A stretch of 64,000 nucleotides of DNA from Gnetum montanum (GCA_015680685.1 MNCI01001083.1:591158-655157); one strand, 5' to 3'; positions 1 through 12,046 are shown, counted from the first letter of the stretch. The notes: a model not told the origin generated them from the letters alone. A program made the numbers and translations.

Positions 1-731
1 TCCTTAACATTTTGCAATTAATTTTAGTTTTGTTCATTTCCATCTTGACATCCACTTCACTGATGTCATAGTTGTCCCTTTTTACCTATCTTTCTTACTC
101 CTTTTCTTTCTCCATTCTCACGCTATCGGAGGTTCGCGATTAGTCATGGGGGTACGGGGCCTGATTTTTCGATTTTCCTCCTAAGCTCTGAATTTTTTTG
201 ATTTTCTTCTTCACCCCTACACCTTCGGTAGTCATCATCTACATTTCCCCAGATCCATATCAGCCATACCACAACCTAGCCAATCAACCTACACCGAAGC
301 AAGGTATTATTTACTTAATGATTCAATTACCCTTGTTAATGTATGATTGTGTTGTGTGTGCAGATGGCAATCATACAACAACGGAATGGATCTGGAGCAA
401 ACACTTGGAATGGAGCAGCGCTGAAGCAGCTATGCAAGGAGGAGAATGGATAATGCGCTTATGGATGGACAATGGAAGGCGCAATCTAGGTGTTGGCAGC
501 AGAAAGACTCTTCTTTCTTCTTCTCTTCTATTCTCTCTCCTCTTTTCTCTCAGCTACCAAATGTGGCCTGATGTCATTGTAATAAGGTGTTCACACTTGT
601 TGTCTCGAACACCAGTTTGTTAAGTCTTGTAATAATGAACCGTTCACATGTTATTCCATTAGTTCCATTCCCCTCAATAATCCCATACCTAACTGATATC
701 ATTGTAAGGAACTCAAGGATGAGATTTCATT

Positions 732-745
732 CAGTCATGGGGGTA
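732..745 (+). promoter_or_regulatory. PPT of element A
   Basis: CAGTCATGGGGGTA directly abuts the TG of the LTR. The equivalent in element D is TAGTCTTGGGGTTA (46186-46199). Confidence 0.7.
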
Positions 746-1655
746 TGATGAGACACAGATTGCACAAGCCGCGATATCGCTTACGCGATATCGCGGTCCA
801 CCGCCATATCTATAAATAAGAGGTGGCACTCCCCTTATTTATCATCTTAGGCATAAAGTAGCAAAGCTCTGGCGGATTGATCACCCCAGAGATAGAATAT
901 TTTCCATGTGCCCACAGTAGGAGTCCCCCAAGTGAATGGTTCTTTATTCGAGCAGCTTTGTACCTGGACGCAAGTTGTGTACGACAATAAAGACGAACTT
1001 TGTGGATAAACCTTGCAGTGCATGGATAGGTTTAATTAGTGTTATTTACTGCTTTCCTAGTAATGCGGCATGAGTACGACTTGGTTACGAGCGTTGATGA
1101 ACGTGTACGGCTAGCCAAGGAATTGGCTACTCATCGCGAGTAGATTCTCTCAACCCTTTCCTCCTAGAACGTGGGACAAGTACGACTTGATTACGAGCAT
1201 CTACGGAGGTGTACAGCTAGTCAAGGAATCGGCTGCTTGTCACACTTAGGTTAGTTAAGTGCCTCAGTACGACTGCTTCGAGCACGTGCGTTACGTGTGG
1301 TGATCCCAATAACGATTAGCGTTTGGTAGCCACAGTTGCATAGTTCAGGGTGTGTACGGCAAGTGGGAACGGATGCTAACGCTAGGACTTAGTGTTGTAG
1401 TTAGAGTTAGTTAGTTTCTCAACCCTTCACCCTCATAGCTTAGGAGATAAACCGAAAAATATGAAAAAAATCATATATCTCAAACTTGCTTAACCATACA
1501 TCATGACACATACAAGCAAGCCTGGGAAGACAACGAACGATTAACCCCAAGCGTTCTTTGTGGCGTTTAGGCATTTAGTTTGTGGAGTTCGACCGAATCG
1601 CGCATGCTATGCTCGTTTCGTATGGTTGAGTGTAGGGGTACCTCGCCAGTCATCA
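746..1655 (+). repeat. 3' LTR of element A (910 bp)
   Basis: TGATGA/TCATCA inverted termini, TATAAATA at ~811, preceded by a PPT and not followed by a PBS. Internal ~65-bp direct repeat at ~1072-1137 and ~1180-1245. Confidence 0.85.
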
Positions 1656-2850
1656 CTTATCAATGCTCAACAATAGCCAACCACCAAGAAAACTCATATA
1701 ATCCATTATTATATATTGTACATGTTTCAGGTAATTCTACATCGACATTTTTTTATGATGGAGAGAGATCCTCATATTGTCTAACACCAAGCTTCAATGT
1801 AGAATGTATGGTTGTCGCATTGATGTTGTAGGCTATAGCTCCTGTAGGTGCCAAGACAAGTAATGCATTTTGATTAAAAGCACATAGATTTTTAAAAGCA
1901 TTGTGAAGGTAACTTATAAGAAATGATTTTCCGGTACCTAGTGTTCCTTGAATTATCATTTGTAAAGGAGGAATACCTTCATCTTTATTTTGTGATACTA
2001 TTAATGATCCATTATAGCCCTAAAGCACTTACTCTGCTTTAAGCCAAGCTTCTTTGAATCAAAGGTAGAATAGTCATTATTAATGATCATTGTAGATCCT
2101 GATGCTCTACAACTGGAAACAAAAGCTCTTGCATACTTAGCAAAATCTTCTCTAGCATAATCTATCGACCAAGTATACAACCTATCAAAATCTTGACAAC
2201 CTAGCATCTCCAACTTTGTCCTTTGAAAATGAAGAGATATTAAAAGATAACGATTAAGGATTTTGAAATCATATGCCTCATGATCTTGCACTTGGGATGA
2301 GATCTTTGAATACTAGTTCTTCTTCTAATCATGATTAAAATCTTCTTCAAAATCATAGCTCTCACGTTCATAGTTGTGATGAACATAAAGCCATTTTGAT
2401 TCTACCTCTGCATCATTCCTTCCAATATTGCTTTTAATATCCCTGAAAGGGTAGTATAGTAGTAACATATCCTAATAGTAATCCATCCATCCATCCTCTC
2501 CTTGCCTAGGAGGAATGAAGAACCTTGGATATTTTCTAATAATAGCCTACGATTCTCTTAGTTTCCATGTAGGTGTTTCCCTATTTCTTAAATTGCAACT
2601 ATATTTTTGAACAACTTCAAACAATAATAGATCTTCCATATGTAGAGGTCTTCTTTGGTATGCATTAATAATTACAATAGAATTTTCTTTATCATCATTT
2701 TTTTTTGGATTAAAAATAATTTTCTTGTAGATTTCTCGAGATACATTCAAAGTGTGGAAGATTTGACTACATTCAACCAAAGGAAGTTCATACAACATAT
2801 GATAAACCTTCATCACCCCTATATCTTTGTCTATAGATAAAGATGGCAAC
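1656..2850 (-). pseudogene. Pif1-family SF1 helicase fragment of a Helitron-like (Helitron2/Helentron-type) RepHel
   Basis: Walker A IIQGTLGTGKS and motif LLVLAPTGAIAYNINATTIHS (ORF 1753-1959). Frameshifted degenerate Walker B YIIMDYMSFLG..LLSIDK ends at the LTR junction (1656). Upstream DKDIGVMKVYHMLYELPLVECSQIFHTLNV resembles the RDxxAQExxHxLxxLPLxxxSRxFxxLN motif of RepHel proteins. Multiple stops and frameshifts. Confidence 0.85.
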
Positions 2851-3581
2851 ATGCATGCATGCCTGCTTGGTGGGAGGTGATCACGGTGGGGTAGAGTGGT
2901 GGTTATGATAGGTGGAGTGGTAGGAGTTAGAGGGTGGCAACGGAGTGGAGTGTTAAAGGGTGGTGGCCCTTGAAATGAGGGCTACATTGATCCTTAAGGC
3001 CAACACAGCCCCATGTAGGGCTATGCTACTTTGTAGCCTCTGTAGGGCCTACATGACCCTTGTAGGGGTAGCATGGTTCTTGCTGCCTGCACATCGTCTA
3101 ATTTTTTTAATAAATAATAAATGATATTGGGGTTTGGGGTTAAACTTGTGACCTTCCATTTTTTTAATAAATAAAAAAAATTAAAAAATTGAATTTAAAA
3201 TTTTTAAAAAAATACTTTTTAATTCTAAAACTACACATAACCCAAGAAATGCTCTATCTCCCAAAATGTAAGTCATATTTTGAAAAAATTGGTACCGTTG
3301 GAATTGTCTCAAAGAGCACTATGGTTTAGCTAGAGATAGCACTATTTTGGTTGACTTATCAATCACAAAATCATGAAAAGCATGCATTATCTTGATTAAA
3401 TCATTAATTAACTTAAGTTGGCACTTCCTCTTTTTCTATGCTAAGATTCTTGCTATTTTTTTTTATAAATACATAAGAAAACAAATCTTTGCCATCATAG
3501 CACAACACTGGTGAAAGATTGAAGGATTCTTCAAGGATTGTTGAATTCCTAAAAGTGACATCAAAGATTCCAATTAACATT

Positions 3582-5683
3582 ATGACCCTAAAGTGTTAGG
3601 CTACTTCTCTAGCTCCTTCCCACGCCCAAGCTTATTTAGCTCCTTCAAGTAATGCCAAATCAGTATCCATTTTTCTGTATCAAAATAATGCAATTTTTGC
3701 TTCCAATCATGTGCATAGTTTACTTAAGAAGGAGGAGTTCTAGTATCTTATGTCTTCATGATTGTTTGAATTACTTGTGTTCCTTGTTTTCAAGGAAAGA
3801 TATTCCAAAAGCTTAATAGTTGAATGGTGTGATCAATATAATAAAAATGGAATTTCTACTTCATAATTAATTTTTAGATTAGTAGTAATTCTTCCTACTC
3901 ATGTTTGGATAATGTGTGGTTTTCACTATGGGGAGGATCCTTTAATTCCCTTAATTTTCTCTCCTAAGTTTAAATTATTTTGCCAAAAAAAATTATTCAA
4001 TTATGTTTGTGCTTCTATTATTTGCAAAAGCCAATTTTTTTGTAAAGATTTCATCAATGAAATTCATTTTGAGTTGTGCCAATTCATCCATCGGATGGTT
4101 TTATGGCATTAACACCAAATTCATGTTAGTGCCTATTTCATTTACATACTTCATGATGCCATAATTGGCAGAGTTTGTGATTGGTCATTATCTTGTTTCT
4201 CTATCTTGTATAATGCCATGGATGGAGTTGCTACTACCTTACAGAATCTCAATAAACCTTATACCATATGTTGCACACTTTTTATTATGTGTTTAATCCT
4301 AAGTTATGACCATTTAACCAAATGTTTTAGTTGTTACAATCCCTATTTATGTCCTAAATTTCTTGAAGAGGTTAGAGTTATAAAAAGCTAGATCGAGGGT
4401 GTAAGGAGGGGTCAAATGGTTTTCGAATAGGTTAAAAATCAAGAGGGAAGTAGCGAGGTATATATATGTGTCTATGTGTGTTTTGAATTCTTATTGTTGC
4501 TTATGTTTTTTTATGTATTGACAGTGCAATCTAGGTTGCAGAATGAGTCGGTTCAAGGTGCATAAACTAAGGATGTTCAAGGTACTTCATCTATTTAAGG
4601 TGCTTCAACCTTTAGACAGGTTTAGGCCTGAGAAAAAATCGAACTTACCAACTTCAAGGTATAAATACATACATACATACATACATACATACATACATAC
4701 GTATATATATATATAATTGCCTAGTTCATCGTTTTACTTGTATATTTACTTTTCTTATACATTTTTTTTTACAGAGGTAATGTATTGGGCAAGGTTATAG
4801 CAGCCTAATAGTTACAAGATAAAAAGGCCAACAACAAGCCCAACAAACTTCCACTCCTTCATCTTTCACTCCTCTATCTAAATCACTGCATGTGGCATCT
4901 ACTCATGCGACCCCATCTATTCATGCAACCCTAGTAAGGGGTTCCTTACCTCAAGCAGTGTTGACATTAGTTGTTGTGTCTATTCCAGTAACTCCTTCGG
5001 TCTCTATCTTGGGTTCCTCTTACTTACTCAGATAGATGGTGATGGCTGTTGAGAGAGAACTTGTTATTTTTCAACATCTGGATCATTAGATCATGCAGAA
5101 CATACCTTATTTTGTTCTCGAAGAGATCTTCCACATACATGACTCTCGAACATGCGACTTTAAGAAAGATTATGAACAGGTAAAAATTAGTGCTCCATCG
5201 TCCTTTCATCCAATTCCTGAAGATGCTTCAGAGGTTGTTAAAAATATGGAGCAACTCTTAGAAGAGTTGGAGAGTAAGACATGTCTTACTTGCTATCTAC
5301 TGACTCGTGAGCGATTCCTTCAAGTGGAGAGTAATTGATTGTTGGTGAGTATTTTTGCTCTTCTTTTTCTTTCTTCCATTTGATCTTCTTATTCATAATT
5401 CATAAGTTTGAATTTTGTTTTGTGTATGCAAAGGAAAGAAAAAGAGTGGCAAAAATACATGAAAGATTGATCTTTACAAATGGATGTGTTGGAGACCCAA
5501 CTGAAAAAGAGGGAGGAGGCATTGGTTGCAGCAAAAAGAACTAGTAAGTACATGAAGAAAATGTGTGACAACTTGGTGGGATGCAAAACAATGCTCTATA
5601 AAAAGGATGCCACTAATGAAGAATGGGAAGTGCAATTGAAGATAGTTTCAGATTTTCTTGATGTGTTCCAACAAAATGACTGA
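3582..5683 (+). pseudogene. Four-exon accessory gene antisense to chromovirus B1 (Transposase_32/PMD-like N-terminus, coiled-coil C-terminus), decayed
   Basis: TATAAATA ~3464, ATG 3582. Introns 4458-4524 and 4659-4774 (GT..AG) and 5345-~5433. Stop at 5681-5683, AATAAA ~5797. Exon/intron layout is conserved in copy B2. The last exon, MDVLETQLKKREEALVAAKR, is coiled-coil-like. Confidence 0.7.
4666..4715. repeat. (TACA)n-(TA)n microsatellite in intron 2 of the B1 antisense gene
   Basis: Directly visible. Confidence 0.95.
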
Positions 5684-5841
5684 TCACTGTTGTGCTTCTT
5701 ATTTTCCTTATTTTACATGTTCCCAATTTCTGTGTTTTGCTTCTTCTTTTATATGTATTCTTGCTTGGATGTACTTCTATTTCTTATAATAATAATAATA
5801 AAATAATATTTTCTTCCACTTTGGCTCCTGAATCATGGTTT

Positions 5842-5853
5842 GCTCTGATATCA
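5842..5853 (-). promoter_or_regulatory. Primer binding site, tRNA-iMet (B1)
   Basis: GCTCTGATATCA is the reverse complement of TGATATCAGAGC, one mismatch from TGGTATCAGAGC, and lies 2 bp from the LTR. Confidence 0.85.
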
Positions 5854-5855
5854 AA

Positions 5856-6359
5856 TGTGACATCCCATTCCCAATATTGTAAAAAACATGATCATTGATC
5901 ACTTAATTCATTACCTTCATCACATTTGTAGGTAATATAATAGAAATATCATAAAATAATTTGAATAATGAATAATTGATACATGGAATAGGAAAGAAAA
6001 TAGAAATAAAAATTTTATTAATAAGAGTGATTTATTGTAATGCCCTCTGGGTTATCTTCCCATGCCACTTAAGCCTTAGAGGCAATCCAACATTGCCACC
6101 ATGGTTAGGCTATCTAGTTGAAGGGGTGATTAGTTTCTTCTTGTACAACTTCATCCAACTCTCATCACTTGCCATTCCAGGCTCTACAACTCCATGCCTA
6201 GCATGGCCTCTAAACCTAGCCTTAAATGGCATAGGTTAAACCCATTCCCAAGGAACACATGAATAATTGTAACTTCTCATAATAAGGCATCCTTTTATTT
6301 AAAGGTTAATTACACTTTTACAATACATTTCCACCCTTAACAAGGGACAAGATGTTACA
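5856..6359 (-). repeat. 5' LTR of chromovirus copy B1 (504 bp)
   Basis: TGTGACATC...GATGTTACA inverted termini; homologous to 6917-7395 and 51396-51886. Confidence 0.9.
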
Positions 6360-6640
6360 CAAGGAATTCTATATAGAAAATATTTTAGAGGAATCTTTCT
6401 AGAATGTGTATTCAAGCAAAGAATTGAAGAAATCCTAAATCAATTTCATGATGATAGGGGCTTGTATTATGAATCCCCAAGAGCTACAATGTAACATATT
6501 CAAAGATATGGATTTTATTGGGTTACAGTATATAAGGGCTTTCAAAATAAAATTCTAACTTGCTATAAGTGTCAAATTCATGGACCAAAGCTAAAAAGAG
6601 TAAGTGCTTTATTAATGCTAGTAGTTGTAGATAAACCTTT
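6360..6640 (+). pseudogene. Ty3/gypsy integrase N-terminal zinc-binding fragment (outermost element)
   Basis: Translates as QGILYRKYFRGIFLECV..IEEILNQFHD...YGFYWVTVYK....LTCYKCQIHG, an HHCC-type region. Confidence 0.75.
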
Positions 6641-6916
6641 GGTATGAAGCTCACATTTGTAAAGGTTGTGGGATCCTTTAAACCACATTTTGAGCTTGTC
6701 AAGGCTTTGCAAAGTTGAGTGGTTTCACAGCAACGAAACATTCCAGAGTGGAGCTCAAAGCTTGTAAAGGGTGTGGTATCATTGAAACCACATTTTGAAG
6801 AAACAAAGTCTAGAGGTGTGCATAGATTCTACCCTTTGAATGTGGACATATCCAAGTTGAAGAACCATGTAAAATTTGTGTTTATTTTTGGTGGCTACAA
6901 CATTTTAAATTGGGCA

Positions 6917-7395
6917 TGTGACATCTTGTTTTTAGATGCTAAAACATGATCAGTTGTTGCTTAAATCATTGTACCTGTGAGTGTTATAATGGAAATATAA
7001 TAAAATAACTTGGTACTAATGCATTGAATTTAACAAGAAGGAAAATATAGGGAAAACTTTTATTATTGAAAATGGTACATCATAATGCCCTTTGGTCCAT
7101 GCCACTTAGGCCTTAGAGGTAATCTAGAATTGCCACCATGGTTAGGCTATCTAGTTGAAGGGGTGATCAGTCCCTTCTTGTCTTGCTTCACCCAGCTCCC
7201 ATCACTTGCCATTTTTTGCTTCACAACTTCATGCTAGCATGACCTCTAAGCTTGGTCTTAAATAGCATAGGTCAAACCCTTTCTTGAGGGGTACGTGAAT
7301 AATCGTGACTCCTCATAATGAGGCACCCCTTCATTCCAAGGTTAATTACATTATTATAATACAATTCTACCCTTAATAAAGAATAAGACACTACA
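6917..7395 (-). repeat. 3' LTR of chromovirus B2
   Basis: TGTGACATC...CACTACA; colinear with 51396-51886. Confidence 0.9.
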
Positions 7396-7538
7396 TTCTA
7401 AACCCCTTAAGCATCTAGCTCATCCTCAAGCTCTTCTTTTATGTCCAGGTACTCAGTTGTTGCTTCACCATTATGCTCCTTAGTTTCAACTTCATTATTA
7501 CCTTCATTATCATCTGTACAAACAACGAATATAATTTA

Positions 7539-10500
7539 TTAATTTAATAATAAATAGAATTTATCATTCAATATTATGATGAGCAAAATTTTGGGGTAAG
7601 TGTTGAGAATGAACTCCATGTTTTTCCAAGTTTGTTGATCATCGTTTGACCATTGGACAAGTACTTCATTGATGATTTTATTACGAAGCTTCTTGGTTTT
7701 GTGATTCTTGATTACAATTGGCTTAACTTCAAAGTTCACATTGGATCTCAGGGGCAAGGTGTTCCAATCTAGCATATAAGGCACATCATTGTCATGAAAT
7801 TTCTTTATCAAACTTACATGGAAGATTGGGTGAATTCTTAAGGTTGTTGGAAGATTTGATGAACAAGCTACTTCAGAAATTCTTTGAGAGATTTTAAAGG
7901 GTGCACAATATTATGGGGCCAACCTAGTATATTTTTCCAATTTAAGGGAACTTCTGGTGGGTTTTACCCTTAGTAGTACTTGGTCTCCCACTTAGAATTC
8001 CTTCTTAAGTCAATGTTGGTCCACATATTCCTTATATTAGTCTTGGGTAGCTTGCAAATTTTGATTAACTCTTGTAACAATATTTTCCATTATTTTCATT
8101 TCTTCTTCCTTTCATTCCATTCTTAAGGTTGGATCTACCCAAGTCAGTGGTGTATGATAATTATGCCCATATATTACTTTGAATGGTGTTTGATGTATGG
8201 AACCTTGATAATTATTATTGTAGGTGAATTATGCTAAATGCAAGTAATTATTCCATGTCTTTAGTCTACTTCCAACATAGCTTCATAGAATATCTTCTAA
8301 TACTCTATTCATATGTTTGGTTTGACCATCTATCTCTGGGTGGTAAGCTATGCTAAATTTTAGTTGGGTTCCATATTCCTTGAATAAATTTTGCTAAAAT
8401 TCAAATATGAACTTGGGATCTTGATCCAAAGTGATAGATTTAGGACACCCATGTAATCGAGAAATTTCTTGTATAAATTTTTTAGACTACTTCATCGACT
8501 GTGTTTGTAGATTTTAAGGCTATAAAATGAGCCATCTTCGATAGGCAATCAACCACTACCAAAATTGAGTTATTTCCATTTTTGGTTACTGGTAATCCCA
8601 TAATGAAATCCATGGTAACACCTTTCCATTTCCAAGTTGGGACTTCCAAAGGTTTTAGTAAGCCACTCAATTTCTTTTGTTCAACTTTTATTATTTGGAA
8701 GGTTGTGCAATTTCTAATGTATGTGGATACATCATTCTTCATTCCAAGCCAAAAATAGGATTTTCATAACATCATATAAGTTTTGACATAACCTGGATGT
8801 CCTATGTATGATACTTTATGGGCTTCACACAATAGTTTAGGTCTCTAACTTCCTTTTGGTATATATAGTCTTTGTTCTTTCATTAATAGACCATTAAGGG
8901 CAAGTTGATAATGAGCTCAAAAAAAATATTAGTTAGGATCTTCTTAAAGTAAGAGTCTTCTTTTATTTTTTCCTTAATTCCTTCTTTGATAGGGGTTGTC
9001 ATAGCATCGATCATTAAGCTCCACATTCGACTAAGGGTATTGACTACTACATTTTGTTATATATTTGATTTCAAAATCATATTCAGCCAATAATTCTACC
9101 CATCATCATTTCAGGTATTCAAAATAGATTATCTTTGCAAGTATTCTAAACTTTTATGGTTTGTTTTTAGTACAAATATTTTTCCATAAACATAGTGTCT
9201 CCAAAATTTCAAAGTATGAATAATTGCCAGTAATTCTAAATCATGGGTTGAGTAATTTACCTTAGCTCCTCGTAATGTATGAGATTCAAAACATACCACT
9301 TTATCTTCTTGAGAAAGAACTATACTGATTCCAAATCCATAGGCATCTGTAAAGACTTTGAATGGTATTTTTTCATTCGAAATTCTCAGAATAGGCATAG
9401 TTGTGAGTAGCATCTTTAATATGAGGAAAGCTTTCCTGCATTTTTCATCAAACCTAAACACATGTTTTACTTATAAAAGGTTAGGTAAGAGGGCTACCAA
9501 GGTAGAATAATATTTACTAAAACATTAATAAAAACCTATTAAGCCCAAGAAACTGCAAACTGCTTTAGCATCTTTTAGTTCTGGCCAATCTCGAACTACA
9601 CTAACTTTTGCTAGGCCTACTTGTAATCCTTTTTTAGATACTATATGTGGTCCAAGTATGAAAATTCTTCTTTGAATAGTTTACATTTACTTAATTTTTC
9701 TTTCAAATGATGTTCCTTAAGGACTTCCATTGTAATGTTAAAATGTTTAATATGTTCTCCTCTTGACTTAGAGTAAAAAAGTATATCATCCATAAATACT
9801 ATAACAAATTGATCAAGGTACTCATGAAAGATATTATTCATTAATGCCATGAATGTTTTAGGTGTGTTAGTTAATCCAAATGGTATCACTACAAATTCAT
9901 ATAATCCATACCTAATTCTAAATGCACTTTTCTCAATGTCTTTTTCCTTAATCCTTATATGGTGCTAACTTGATTTTAAATCAAATTTTGAAAAATAACA
10001 TGTGCCTATAAGTTGATCAAATAGGTCATCAATCCTAGGCAAGGGATAAGTGTTTTTAATTGTCACTTTATTCAATGCCCTATAATCGATGCATAATCTG
10101 AACATACCATCTTTCTTTTTAATGAATAAGATTGGTGCATCCCAAGGTAAGATGCTAGGTTGAATCTTCCCTTCTTCCAACAATTAATCTAATTTTATTT
10201 TCAATTCTCTTATTTCATAAGTGGAAAACCTATAAGGGGCTTTAAAAACTAGTTGTATACTAGGAAAAATATCAATAGTGTGTTCAACATTTCTTTTAGG
10301 AGGTAATTCTTTGGTTTCACCAAATAATGAATCTTTCTATTCCTCAAGTTCTTTTGGAATCTCAATATCAAAAGGATTTTGAGGTTGAGTTACTTTAACA
10401 ATCAGAATAGTAGCACCCTTTTTGATCAATCTCTTAGCTTACTTAATAAATATCATGTGAATTTGGTTTACTGTTCCTACCTCCCTTAGACCCCTAACTC

Positions 10501-12046
10501 TGTTAGTGGTTGGGACTTTTAAAATACATGTTCCAAAGTGGGCAGTAATATCAAATTTTTGCAAAAAATACATTCCTAAGATTGCATTGAATTCACCTAA
10601 TTCAAATTCAAATAATTCATCAAGAAAAGGCATGTCTTGCAAAGTAGGTGATTTCTTCATACCTAGTGTGCTTACTTACAATCGTTCCATCTGCAAGTTT
10701 TATCCTAATGACTTTCTTGGAAGGTAAACTTAATTTCAATAACTTTATTAAAGTTGGAGAAATAAAGTTATTACTAGCACCATTATCGATCAAAAATTTA
10801 ATTTTCTTACCTTTAATTGATCCTTCAAAAATTAATAAAGAAAATTGAAATTTTCTTAAACTTGACTTAGCTAATGCTGAAATCTTCTTCATAGCTGTCA
10901 CAGTGGATTGGACTTTTCTTTTGGCCATGTTTGGATTGGGTTTTTGATTCTTGATTTTATTGTTGGTATTTGTGCTCATAATTTTGGGTAATCTCATTTG
11001 AAATGATCTTCACCATAAGAAAAACCTCCTGATCGAGCTCTCTTGGTTGGTGTTTCTTCTATCATTGCTTGTTAAAGGGTAGCTTGTACTTGATTTGATT
11101 CTTCATAGTCCTTAGCAAATCTATAAGCTTCATCAAATGTTTGAGGGTTATGCTCTCATGTCTAGAGTTGAAGTTGTGCATGTAGGCCACCAATAAACTT
11201 TGAAGCTAATTCTCCCTTATCCCAGTGGCTTACATACCAAGAGAGATCGCAAAATTCTTTGTAGTAATCTTCCACAGATCATCTTCCCAATCTTAAGGAA
11301 TCAAATCTCATCTTGTGCTCTTTGAGGAAGGAATCTAGTACAAATTTTTATTTAAAATATTGACAAAAGTTAAGCCAATTTGTAATCAATCCTTGAGATC
11401 TTAGTCCATTTTACCATGTTATTGCAAGTTCTCTCAAGTATAGGGAGATGACTTCTAAATGTTCTTGGCTTAACAAATTCAACAAAGCAAAGTAATTTTT
11501 CATTGTATCAAGCCAATCTTTCACCTTGGCACTAGATCTAGGGGCTTCATCATGTAGTGATCTAGTTTCACCTTTTTGGCATGAACTTGGGTTAGTGATT
11601 CTCTTGGTGCATTTTGCCAATTCCAAGATCCCTCACTTTTAGATTCCATTCTTTAACCTAATGAAGGGACATTTGCATCCTGATGTCCAATAGGTGGGGA
11701 TTGGTTTTTATGTTGATCCTTTGGGAGAAGTTGATCTTGATTTCGATCTTTGCAATGTGGGGATTGATCTTGGTGTTGGTCCCTTGGTGGAACGTGGCTT
11801 GGATTAGAAGGTTGGGAAAGATGGTCAGTTAATTACTTTATGAAGTCTGCAAAAGAATCCATCTTTCTTTGCACTTTCGACCATTTTTCTTCTAGACTTT
11901 GGGATAATTTCCTAATTTCTTTAGACATGTTTTGCATCTTTGTCTTGAATCCTTGATTTTATTGATGATGTTCCTGTTAGATACCCATAAGTTCATTAAT
12001 TTTTTCCTCAAGGACATTCATTCGATCATTAACTTGGGTCTCCATC
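7539..12046 (-). pseudogene. gag-pol of chromovirus B2 (Gag, aspartic protease, RT, RNase H, integrase, chromodomain)
   Basis: Gag KVKDWLDTMKNYF; protease FLIDNGASNNFIS; [52 protein letters not shown]; RH VFTDAYGFGI..NYSTHDLELLAI; INT WKGVTMDFIMGLP..ILVVVDCLSKMAHFI; chromodomain EVLVQWSNDDQQTW. Interrupted by stops and frameshifts. Confidence 0.95.

Larger units (their letters stand above)
1..1655 (+). mobile_element. 3' end of a young Athila-type Ty3/gypsy LTR retrotransposon (element A), inserted into a Pif1 helicase remnant
   Basis: CTCAAGGATGAG...CAGTCATGGGGGTA PPT region (712-745) is followed by an LTR TGATGAG...GTCATCA. The LTR is homologous to the LTRs at 33838-34764 and 46200-47130 (shared blocks TCTTTATTCGAGCA, CAATAAAGACGA, GGATAG, terminal GGGGTACCT..TCATCA). 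CpG is retained, unlike the rest of the window. Confidence 0.85.
2851..6359 (-). mobile_element. 5' part (LTR, PBS, leader) of a chromovirus-family Ty3/gypsy element (copy B1); gag-pol missing
   Basis: LTR 5856-6359 and tRNA-Met PBS at 5842-5853. Region 3330-6359 is colinear with 48780-51886 and 3130-3340 with 13910-14108 of full-length copy B2. It shows the empty site (CTAGAGATAGCAC) of element C. Confidence 0.85.

Noticed and set aside
198-623. 141-aa ORF from the track
   Set aside because: Starts at TTG, runs through intron-like and low-complexity sequence, and has no recognisable domain.
3582-5683. Host gene or segmental duplication of a host gene (with 49005-51224)
   Set aside because: Both copies sit at the same position relative to PBS and LTR inside the same retrotransposon family.
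5842-5853. tRNA gene fragments at the PBS sites (also 34766 and 51929)
   Set aside because: Only 12-18-nt complements of tRNA 3' ends; no cloverleaf.
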